The notes under the pieces were generated by a model. That model was not told the origin of the DNA. It ran no database searches and saw nothing but the letters and a program-made list of their open reading frames with translations. DNA of 64,000 nucleotides from the NCBI GenBank assembly GCA_045648665.1, contig JAZROL010000006.1, positions 179 through 64,178 on the forward strand. The letters are read 5' to 3'. Made by a program: the position numbers and the translations under genes. This stretch comes from Candidatus Enterousia sp. Its GTDB lineage: Bacteria > Pseudomonadota > Alphaproteobacteria > Rs-D84. Positions 36,561 to 44,760 of this stretch are shown in pieces. Every line of letters begins with the position of its first letter. Positions within the stretch are counted from its first letter, which is position 1.

Positions 36561-36791
36561 ATGGCATTTCAAAATAAAAATTTGTCTGTAATTGCATATG
36601 CAAATGGCTTCACTTTGTGGCACTATAAAGAAAATGCAACAATCGCGAATATAACCGCATCTGGATATTTTGCCAGTGTAAAATCTTTGATGAATACTGG
36701 TGATATCATTTTGATTAACGGTTCAAACGGAACAACAATGAAAGTTGTGACTGTTGCAGAAGGTACAGTGACCGTCGGTGCATTGTCTTAA
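36561..36791 (+). CDS. Small phage-cluster protein (76 aa), function unknown
   Basis: ORF with RBS (aaaaggaaa), directly after the capsid gene and followed by a terminator. Confidence 0.45.
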   Translation: MAFQNKNLSVIAYANGFTLWHYKENATIANITASGYFASVKSLMNTGDIILINGSNGTTMKVVTVAEGTVTVGALS

Positions 36792-36815
36792 TTATAAATG
36801 ATTTAATTTATCAAC

Positions 36816-36844
36816 GGGCCGTGTAATGCGGCCCATTTTTTTTT
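36816..36844 (+). terminator. Intrinsic terminator
   Basis: GGGCCG-tgtaatg-CGGCCC a ttttttttt. Confidence 0.75.
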
Positions 36845-36858
36845 AATAGGAAAAAACC

Positions 36859-37377
36859 ATGTTTACAAAAATAGATTTATGTTCAATGGCTTTATTAAAA
36901 TTAGGCGAAAAACCAATTCAATCTTTGCGGGAAGATTCTGCAACTGCGCAATTAGCAAGAACTTTGTTTGATTCAGTTGTGAATACATTATTGTCTGTAT
37001 TTCCATGGTGTTTTGCAACGCAATTAATCAGCATTAATAAAAACAGTGATGGGGATTGTTTAATTCCATCTAATGTTTTACGCATAATAAAATGTGATGG
37101 TAAAATTGTTGGAAATAAAATTATTACACCAGCAGAAAAAATAGATTTAGTAGCGGTTGTTCAAGTAAATCCAGAAGATTTTCCGGATTATTTTGCATCG
37201 CTTGTAGCGACTAAATTGGCTTTGGAATTTTGTATTCCATTAACAGGCGACACAAATGTATTCAAGATGTTATTCTCGTTGTATGAAGCAGAATATCAAA
37301 CAGCTAAATTTATTGACAGTACAATATCAAACCAAACAAATATTGATAATTTTTCTTTGATAAATTCAAGATTTTAA
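36859..37377 (+). CDS. Podovirus adaptor / tail tubular protein A-like
   Basis: The N-terminal pattern IDLCSMALLKLGEKPIQSLREDSATAQLARTLFDSVVNTLLSVFPWCFA is typical of this family. Position after the capsid gene. Confidence 0.5.
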   Translation: MFTKIDLCSMALLKLGEKPIQSLREDSATAQLARTLFDSVVNTLLSVFPWCFATQLISINKNSDGDCLIPSNVLRIIKCDGKIVGNKIITPAEKIDLVAVVQVNPEDFPDYFASLVATKLALEFCIPLTGDTNVFKMLFSLYEAEYQTAKFIDSTISNQTNIDNFSLINSRF

Positions 37378-37392
37378 GAATAGGGGGATATT

Positions 37393-39105
37393 ATGGGAAA
37401 TTTCCTTAAAACACAAAATAATTTTTCTTGTGGTGAAATATCACCCGATTTTTATGCCACGAATAATGGTAAAGGTTTATCAAAACTGGAAAATATGGAC
37501 GTTTTGGAATCTGGGGGATTGACACGCAGGCCTGGGTTAAAGAAAATCGCTAATGTCGTAAATGGTGCGATTATAGTGCCGTTCCCAATTTCAGAATCTG
37601 AAAAATATTTACTTATTATATATAATATAACGACGGAAATATATCATAATGATGAAAAAATCGCGACAATTAATTCACCATGGCACACTGAAGATTTGAG
37701 CAAATTACAATATGCACAAAGATTCAATCAAATATTTTTTGTGCATCCTGATTACAGCCCTTGTGTGTTAACCAAAACAGGAGATGTGTTCAGTATAAAT
37801 AATTTTGTTTTCGCTTCAAATGAAATAGGTGAAGCAAAAGTTCCTTTTACACGATTTGATGATACAAAAGATATTTCAATCACTATCACATCCAGTACCA
37901 TAGATTATAATCATGTCACGTTTACAACAAGTGCTGACTTTTGGACTGAAAATAGTTTAGGTTTGCGTTTTTATGCTATCGGCAAACAATGGGTTATTAC
38001 AGAAGTGCAAAGTGCACGTATAGCGATTGCAAGCACAAACGGTGATTTTTCATATCCTCAAAACGCTGTGACAGATTGGCAAGAATCGGTGTTTAGTAAT
38101 AAACGCGGTTGGCCAATAAGTGTTTCTTTTCATCAAAACAGATTAATTTTTGGTGGAACAAAATCTATGCCAAATTGTTTGTGGATGTCGAAAGTTGGAG
38201 ATTATCACAATTTTGATACCGGAACCGGATTAGATGATGAAGCAATATATGTGACTTTGTTATCTGCACAACATCATCAAATTTGCACAGTTGTCAGTAG
38301 TGATAAATTGCAAGTGTTAACATCTGTTGGGGAGTGGGCTATTTCTAATTCCCCGTTAACACCATCAAACGTTAATGTAAAACAACATACATCTGTGGGT
38401 AGTGTAGCAACCAGGTATTTACCACCACAACAAATAGAAGGCAGAACTGTATTTATAGCTGAATCTGGTAAAGATATAAGAGAATTAGATTTAGATGTTT
38501 TAGGCGAAAGTTATAACGCTACAGATTTATGCGTGTTTGCTAAACATCTTATGAATACACCAATCAGTGTAGCATATAATCAAACAACACACCAACTATT
38601 TGTAGTGATGAATGATGGTTATATGAGTGTATTGAATAAATATTCAAATACAGATATTGCTGCGTGGGGAAAATATTTAACTGATGGTGATTTTAAATAT
38701 GTTTGTGTGTTGGACAATTATACCTATGTAATTGTATCAAGAAATGAAACAACGACATTAGAAAAATTTGATGCAAGTTGTTTAAAAGATGCAGATAACT
38801 ATAATTTTTCATATACAATTTCTGCTTTCCCGATGATAGTCAATGGTTATTGTCCAAAGAAAATACGTGTGCGTAAAATATCAGTGCGCGTCATAAATAC
38901 TAAAACAATATTTGTGAATAGCTATCGATTGGAAATACCTAATGATGTATATGCAGATGGTAATTCTGGATACAAGGGTGATTTATCAATGAATTTCTTG
39001 GGTACACAAAATGATACAACACAACCTATGTGGACCATCGCAAGTGATGAACAATTACCCGCAACAATTTTATCTGTGACAACAGATGGTTGGTATTCAA
39101 TATAA
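37393..39105 (+). CDS. Podovirus nozzle / tail tubular protein B-like (570 aa)
   Basis: N-terminal NFSCGEISPDFYA...GLSKLENMDVLESGGLTRRPG pattern. Size and position after the adaptor gene fit. Confidence 0.5.
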   Translation: MGNFLKTQNNFSCGEISPDFYATNNGKGLSKLENMDVLESGGLTRRPGLKKIANVVNGAIIVPFPISESEKYLLIIYNITTEIYHNDEKIATINSPWHTEDLSKLQYAQRFNQIFFVHPDYSPCVLTKTGDVFSINNFVFASNEIGEAKVPFTRFDDTKDISITITSSTIDYNHVTFTTSADFWTENSLGLRFYAIGKQWVITEVQSARIAIASTNGDFSYPQNAVTDWQESVFSNKRGWPISVSFHQNRLIFGGTKSMPNCLWMSKVGDYHNFDTGTGLDDEAIYVTLLSAQHHQICTVVSSDKLQVLTSVGEWAISNSPLTPSNVNVKQHTSVGSVATRYLPPQQIEGRTVFIAESGKDIRELDLDVLGESYNATDLCVFAKHLMNTPISVAYNQTTHQLFVVMNDGYMSVLNKYSNTDIAAWGKYLTDGDFKYVCVLDNYTYVIVSRNETTTLEKFDASCLKDADNYNFSYTISAFPMIVNGYCPKKIRVRKISVRVINTKTIFVNSYRLEIPNDVYADGNSGYKGDLSMNFLGTQNDTTQPMWTIASDEQLPATILSVTTDGWYSI

Positions 39106-39129
39106 CAATAATAACTAAAAGGATTTTTT

Positions 39130-39477
39130 ATGGGACAATTAGTATCAGATGTAACAAAAGTTTTAGATTATAAAGAATCTAAAAAACAAGCGGAAAACCA
39201 ACGTCAAAAAATTTTGGCGCAAATGGCCGCAGACGAAGCCAATAAAACTAATTTAATAAAAAAAGCATTGGCAACACAGCGTGCAAAATATGGCGCATCA
39301 GGAAATTCTGGGAAAGGGCTTTCTGAAAAAGCGGTTTTGAAACGTTTGCGTGACGAAACAGCAAGTCCATATGATGAAAAAAATAAACTTAATATTGAAA
39401 AATTGAACAGTATAAAAACTAAAAAACCAAATTTAGTAAAAAATTGGCTGTCCCAGATAGATAAAATCGCTGGATAA
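39130..39477 (+). CDS. Basic coiled-coil phage-cluster protein (115 aa)
   Basis: ORF with RBS. Lys/Gln-rich helix. No motif. Confidence 0.45.
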   Translation: MGQLVSDVTKVLDYKESKKQAENQRQKILAQMAADEANKTNLIKKALATQRAKYGASGNSGKGLSEKAVLKRLRDETASPYDEKNKLNIEKLNSIKTKKPNLVKNWLSQIDKIAG

Positions 39478-39492
39478 AAATAGGGGGAATTT

Positions 39493-40029
39493 ATGTATAA
39501 AACTTCTTATACTGGCAATGGAACAGATACAGAATTTGTATTTGCGTTCCCTTTCTTTCAAAATGCTGATGTTAAAGTCGCATTAGATAATGTTTTATTA
39601 GATGCAGACAGTTATGATGTTAATCCAAATGATAACTTCAATGGCGGTTTAGTTGTGTTTTCTGTTGCGCCAGCTGATGGTGTTCAAATAGATATTTTTC
39701 GTCAAATATCTTTGAATAGAGTGATTGATTATCAACCAACTTCTAAGATTGACCCAGAAGATTTGAATGCAGATTTTAATTTTCTGTTGGCTGCCTTTGA
39801 AGATTTGCGCAAGGTTGATGTAGATTTAGCAGAATGGGCAAATGTACACGATAACGTTTTAAGCAAAATAGATTACACTATAAATTTAATTGAAGATAAA
39901 TTGACAGGTGGCGGAGTATTGGGGTTGTATAACAATTTATTAAGCGTGCTGAACGATTTAATAAATGATTATGGTTCTGTCGCGGAAGAAGCATCTAATG
40001 ACGATAATGACGATTACGGCAGCATTTAA
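39493..40029 (+). CDS. Tail-fibre N-terminal (T7 gp17 adaptor-binding) domain protein, lacking a distal fibre
   Basis: YTGNGTDTEFVFAFPFFQNADVKVALDN...VVFSVAPADGVQIDIFRQISLNRVIDYQ...DLNADFNFLLAAFEDL matches the T7 fibre N-domain pattern. Only 178 aa. Confidence 0.6.
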   Translation: MYKTSYTGNGTDTEFVFAFPFFQNADVKVALDNVLLDADSYDVNPNDNFNGGLVVFSVAPADGVQIDIFRQISLNRVIDYQPTSKIDPEDLNADFNFLLAAFEDLRKVDVDLAEWANVHDNVLSKIDYTINLIEDKLTGGGVLGLYNNLLSVLNDLINDYGSVAEEASNDDNDDYGSI

Positions 40030-40603
40030 TTTTTTAGATGCCTGGAATAACTTGCTTGGCTTAAAGACACCGGAACACCATAAAAAAATAATGGAGTTTT
40101 TGGTAAATGTATTAAACGAAGAACCGCATCGAGGATTACTGAATGCTTTTCGTCATTCCGGCAAATCTACTGTTGTTGGGATTTTTGCAGCATGTGTGTT
40201 ATATCATCGGCCGGAAACCAGAATTTTAATATTATCTGCTGAATCTGGTTTGGCATCTAGAATGGTTTCGCATATAAAAAATATACTGGAAAACCATCCT
40301 TTCTGTGATGATATTTTGCCTGATGTTAAAAAAGAGTGGGGCGCACATAAAATAACAATTAAACGCCCTATTGGGATTAGAGAGCCTTCGGTAATATGTC
40401 AGGGAATTTCTGGGAATATTACAGGTATGCGATCTGATTTAATATTGTGCGATGACGTAGAGGTTCCAAATACCTGTAATACGCAACAAAAAAGAACTAA
40501 TTTACGTGAAAGATTGCGCGAACTCGATTTTATACTTTCGCCAAATGGCACTATGATTTACATAGGAACGCCACATACAAAGGATACTATATATCAAATT
40601 TAA
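39998..40603 (+). CDS. Terminase large subunit, N-terminal ATPase piece
   Basis: Walker A RHSGKST, Walker B LILCDDVE, IYIGTPH coupling motif. Ends YQI* at the junction with the antisense module. Start uncertain (39998 or 40007). Confidence 0.7.
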   Translation: MTIMTITAAFNFLDAWNNLLGLKTPEHHKKIMEFLVNVLNEEPHRGLLNAFRHSGKSTVVGIFAACVLYHRPETRILILSAESGLASRMVSHIKNILENHPFCDDILPDVKKEWGAHKITIKRPIGIREPSVICQGISGNITGMRSDLILCDDVEVPNTCNTQQKRTNLRERLRELDFILSPNGTMIYIGTPHTKDTIYQI

Positions 40604-41241
40604 GATAATGAAGATATAAATGTACGCAATTTGGCCAATAATTCGTTCCCTTGTTCGCCGAACATAGGTAAATATGTTTCAAATTCAGGCATGTCTGCTT
40701 GGATTTGAGCGCGATTCCGTTCGGTCAGTGTTTCGGAAACCAATTCTTGGGCGGAATCCCAAATTCTAAATGCTTTGTCCGTACGAATCACACGATCCCA
40801 TTTTGATAAAGTTTCTTTATCGGTAGATAACGCAGATTTAACATCTTGAAGCCAATCTTCGCCGAATTTTTGTACGCAAGGTAATGATTTTATTTTTTCA
40901 AGTCCTTCTGGAGTTGTTTCAAAATTATCCAAAGCAGATTTGATTTCTTCAATTTCTGGTTTGGTCAATGTTTTTGATAAATCTTTGTCATACATTAAAC
41001 CGCCGTATGGCAATAAATCATTATCTATGGAATCCATAGGTGTTTTGCCGCTGCGTAAATTGTTTATATGTGCAATTAATTTCTTACCTGTTGGCAGATT
41101 TTCGAGTTCTGCGATTACTTGTTCGTCATTAGATTCATCAATAAAAACTTGGTTCACAGCTAACCAACCACCGTTTATAACGTGTTCTTGACGATAAAGA
41201 TTCAAAAGACGTTGCGCGATTATGTGTGCTTGTTGTTGCAT
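40600..41241 (-). CDS. Hypothetical protein (213 aa), last gene of the antisense module
   Basis: ORF only. Its stop codon overlaps the TerL-N stop codon by 2 nt. Confidence 0.5.
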   Translation of the reverse strand: MQQQAHIIAQRLLNLYRQEHVINGGWLAVNQVFIDESNDEQVIAELENLPTGKKLIAHINNLRSGKTPMDSIDNDLLPYGGLMYDKDLSKTLTKPEIEEIKSALDNFETTPEGLEKIKSLPCVQKFGEDWLQDVKSALSTDKETLSKWDRVIRTDKAFRIWDSAQELVSETLTERNRAQIQADMPEFETYLPMFGEQGNELLAKLRTFISSLS

Positions 41242-41272
41242 TGTGTTCCCTCCCTTATGAAACGAATAAATT

Positions 41273-42280
41273 CTATTTCATAACAATCATAACAACTTTG
41301 TGCATGGTTTGTGCATGTATTTTTTCATCAGGATTAGATACATGACCATATTTTTTACCATGTGTATCTTGACGTGTGACCGCAATTTGACCATCAACCA
41401 CATCTGTGTCAGTCAATGCTGAAAAATCAGTGTCAATAAACATGGCCAAATCACCGACGTCAGGTGTGGAATTGGCATCTACAAAAACATACGAGTTTTC
41501 AGGAACAAAACCACCCAAACGTTTAGAATTAGGAACAACTGCGTATATGCCTTTGCGTCCTTCTAATTCAACTGGTGCAACAATCATTACTTCATCAGAT
41601 TTGTGTAATTTGATTGTTTTTCCGTTTGGATTGCCGAAAACAGGAACCAATTTCTTACGAGCGTTATCATATAATTGTGCGCCGTATAACCCGCCCTGTA
41701 CATCCAATCCAGACATAGGATTGCCAGGTTCTAAAACAGATTTGACGCGTTCTTTGACTTTATTAATTTGTTTTGTTAATTCGCCGGCATTATACATTTT
41801 TGCGATTTCTTCAAATAATTGATCCGCGGTATAGCCAAATGTTTTTGCTAATACATCAATTTCGTCTTCGTATACTTCGCGTTGACCGACCTCGATTTTA
41901 TGGTACACAGACAAAGTCATATGTGATGATTTTGCGGCCTCTGCGATTGTTTTGCCAGAATTTTGACGAATCTTGCGCAATCCGGAACCAAAAACTTTCA
42001 AACCACTGTCTTCATTATCTGTTAAACGACGTTTTATTTCACTTTGCCATTGGTTGGCAACTGAATCAGATTCGTGAATAAAGATATCAGATAACTTGCA
42101 ACCAAGAATAGAACACACGTTTAATAACTGTTTTTGGTTAAGACGACGAACGCCTTTTTCAATCTTTGATACAGCAGACAAAGACAAATTTGCACGACGT
42201 GCCAATTCAGTCATTTTCATGCCTTTCGATGCACGAATGTTTCGAATGTTATTTGGAAAAATTATTTCTTCTTGGGCCAT
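41273..42280 (-). CDS. Double XRE-type HTH regulator with S24/LexA-like C-terminal beta-domain (catalytic Ser-Lys not evident)
   Basis: Two HTH_3 units (IRNIRASKGMKMTELARRANLSLSAVSKIEKG; LRKIRQNSGKTIAEAAKSSHMTLSVYHKIEVG). The C-terminal 130 aa resemble the CI/LexA fold but have no GDSM-type serine. Confidence 0.65.
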   Translation of the reverse strand: MAQEEIIFPNNIRNIRASKGMKMTELARRANLSLSAVSKIEKGVRRLNQKQLLNVCSILGCKLSDIFIHESDSVANQWQSEIKRRLTDNEDSGLKVFGSGLRKIRQNSGKTIAEAAKSSHMTLSVYHKIEVGQREVYEDEIDVLAKTFGYTADQLFEEIAKMYNAGELTKQINKVKERVKSVLEPGNPMSGLDVQGGLYGAQLYDNARKKLVPVFGNPNGKTIKLHKSDEVMIVAPVELEGRKGIYAVVPNSKRLGGFVPENSYVFVDANSTPDVGDLAMFIDTDFSALTDTDVVDGQIAVTRQDTHGKKYGHVSNPDEKIHAQTMHKVVMIVMK

Positions 42281-42347
42281 GTGTATCCTCCTTGGGATTT
42301 GTTGACAAAATATTATACAATTTTAATTATTTTATCAAGAAAAATAA

Positions 42348-43898
42348 TTAAATTATGTCGTCAGGAATATCATTTATGTCAACTGTCGCCGGATTATCCG
42401 CTTTGGATAGTTGCGCATAACCACCGTCAACATCAATATCATCAGGTATTTGTTGGTTTCCAAAAGAATTAAGATTGTCAAATAAGTAGTATTCACCAGT
42501 GAAACTTAAACGAACTGTTTCTGGTTTACCATGACGATTCTTTGCAATGATAATTTCTGCTTTATTGCGAGATTGTTCCAATCGGTTTTGCCAATGTTGG
42601 GTCGCGGTCTCAGATGCAGTTCCAGACAAACGATTCGTTGGTGAACGGTCTTTAAGATAGTATTCTTCACGATATGTAAACATAACAATATCCGCGTCTT
42701 GTTCAATAGAGCCAGATTCACGCAAATCAGATAATATAGGTCTTTTGTCATCACGTTGTTCGACGCTTCGTGATAATTGAGACAAAGCAATCACAGGAAC
42801 ATCTAATTCCTTGGCCAATATTTTCAAACCGCGGGTGATTTCTGATAATTCTTGAACTCGATTGTCATTGTGTTTGCCACCGGGGGAGGTCATTAACTGT
42901 AAATAGTCGATAACAATCAAGGCGACACCATTAAATTGGCGTGCAATACGACGAGCGCGTGTCTTCATCATGGCAACAGACATATTTGCGGCATCATCTA
43001 TGACCAAAGGTACCTTTGACAATGCGCTGGAATACTGAGACATTTTCATGAAATCTTCGTCTGATAAATTACCTTCACGCATGTGCGATGCAGGTATTTT
43101 TGATTGCGAAGATAACACGCGTTGCGCCAGTTGTTGATTTGACATTTCAAGACTGAAAAATATAACGGCGCCCTTGTATTGTGCATTTGCGCGACCTTTG
43201 AATATAGCATCGGCAGCATTAAAAGCGATATTCATAGCCAATGTTGTTTTACCCATGCCTGGTCGTCCGGCGATAATTATTAAATCAGAATGATGCAGAC
43301 CGCTGATTGATTTATCAATATCATCAAGACCCGTGGTCAGGCCTGACAATTTACCATCCGCTTTGTACGCGATTTCTGCTTCTTGTAAAGCACCCTTTAA
43401 AGCGTCAGCCAAAGAAACCATGCTGCGTTCAGATTGACCGGTAGATGCCAAATTAAACAATTTTTGTTCGGTTGCTTCTATTTGCCTGTCCACCGGGTTA
43501 TCAATGTCTTCGGTATAAGCAGCATCGATAATGCTTTGTCCCAAACCGATTAAATCACGACGTCGGGCATTATCAAAAACTATACGACCATAATGTTCAA
43601 CGTTTACAACCGTTGCGCCAGCAGATGATAATTTAGACAAATATTCAACGCCACCAACACTATCCAAAACACCCTGTTGTTCAAGATATGTTTTCGCGGT
43701 GATGATGTCAAAAGGTATTCCAACTGCAAATTGACGTAGGGCCAATTTATAAATCTCTTTGTGCGCAGGATGTGAAAAATGTTCAGGTAGCAAAAATTCA
43801 GATACTGTTTCCAAAGCGCGGTTGTTCATTAAAACCGCGGCAAGAACAGCTTGTTCTGCCTCTAAATTCGTAGGTAAAGTTTTCGGAGTAAAGTCCAT
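42348..43898 (-). CDS. dnaB: Replicative DNA helicase DnaB
   Basis: N-terminal LEAEQAVLAAVL, Walker A GRPGMGKTT, SLEMS, IDYLQLM, ALSQLSR. Extra acidic C-terminal tail (~40 aa). Confidence 0.9.
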   Translation of the reverse strand: MDFTPKTLPTNLEAEQAVLAAVLMNNRALETVSEFLLPEHFSHPAHKEIYKLALRQFAVGIPFDIITAKTYLEQQGVLDSVGGVEYLSKLSSAGATVVNVEHYGRIVFDNARRRDLIGLGQSIIDAAYTEDIDNPVDRQIEATEQKLFNLASTGQSERSMVSLADALKGALQEAEIAYKADGKLSGLTTGLDDIDKSISGLHHSDLIIIAGRPGMGKTTLAMNIAFNAADAIFKGRANAQYKGAVIFFSLEMSNQQLAQRVLSSQSKIPASHMREGNLSDEDFMKMSQYSSALSKVPLVIDDAANMSVAMMKTRARRIARQFNGVALIVIDYLQLMTSPGGKHNDNRVQELSEITRGLKILAKELDVPVIALSQLSRSVEQRDDKRPILSDLRESGSIEQDADIVMFTYREEYYLKDRSPTNRLSGTASETATQHWQNRLEQSRNKAEIIIAKNRHGKPETVRLSFTGEYYLFDNLNSFGNQQIPDDIDVDGGYAQLSKADNPATVDINDIPDDII

Positions 43899-44745
43899 GT
43901 CTATTAGATTAAACGAAAATTTTAATAATTCAATACCTTTTTTACAAGGTTATAAACAATTAAAAATTCCAATAATGGATAATGCCGGAAATTCAGCATG
44001 GCCAGAGATGTTCCCGCCAGAAAAAATACGTGAAATGGAACATATTGTTGGCCCCAGACATTTTTCAGCGCAAATGATGTTGGAATATGTCCCAGAAGAA
44101 CGAATAGTGCTGGATCCGGGGGCTTTGCATTTTTATACGGATAATTTTGATGTTTCGCATTGTCAAATTGGTAATCATATAATCACTGGATACACAATCT
44201 ACTGGGATCCGTCTTCTGGTCGAACAGTAGCAGATGGCAGTGTTTGCGTTTTGGTGTATAAAGATGATAAATCAAAAACAGCCTTTATTCATGACATAGT
44301 TTATATGGCCACAGATGATGATGATTTACATCCTTTGGCGACCCAATGTGGATATGTATTATCTTTTATGCAAAAACACAATGTTAATCGTATAGGCATA
44401 GAAATAAATGGTATAGGAAATGCTTTGCCCGAAATTATGCGTCAAATTGCTAATAACCGTAATATGTCTGTTAACATAATACAAATTGCAAATCATATAA
44501 AAAAAGAAACAAGAATTTTGAACGCTGTAGAGCCAATGCTTAACACAGGACGACTTTACGTGCATGAAACAATAAAACAAACAATGTTGTTGTCTGAAAT
44601 GTTAGCGTGGACACCACTTGGTTCAAAAGAACACGATGACGGATTGGATGCGGTTGCAGGTGCTTTGTCTATGCAACCAATTCCAATGCGACCATCACAA
44701 AATCGAAATGTGTTAATCAAAGCAAACACAGAATTCAAAATATAA
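43897..44745 (+). CDS. Terminase large subunit, C-terminal piece (ATPase lid plus RNase H-like nuclease)
   Basis: WPEMF...FSAQMMLEYVP, then YWDPSSG...DGSV and EHDDGLDA acidic motifs. Own ATG with GGAG 8 nt upstream. The ATG overlaps the dnaB ATG (CATG). Confidence 0.7.
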   Translation: MSIRLNENFNNSIPFLQGYKQLKIPIMDNAGNSAWPEMFPPEKIREMEHIVGPRHFSAQMMLEYVPEERIVLDPGALHFYTDNFDVSHCQIGNHIITGYTIYWDPSSGRTVADGSVCVLVYKDDKSKTAFIHDIVYMATDDDDLHPLATQCGYVLSFMQKHNVNRIGIEINGIGNALPEIMRQIANNRNMSVNIIQIANHIKKETRILNAVEPMLNTGRLYVHETIKQTMLLSEMLAWTPLGSKEHDDGLDAVAGALSMQPIPMRPSQNRNVLIKANTEFKI

Positions 44746-44760
44746 ACAAAAGGAAAATAA

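Noticed and set aside
43759-43896. 46 extra N-terminal codons on the TerL C-terminal ORF
   Set aside because: This stretch is antisense to the first codons of dnaB and has no terminase-like sequence. The ATG at 43897 has a GGAG at the right spacing.
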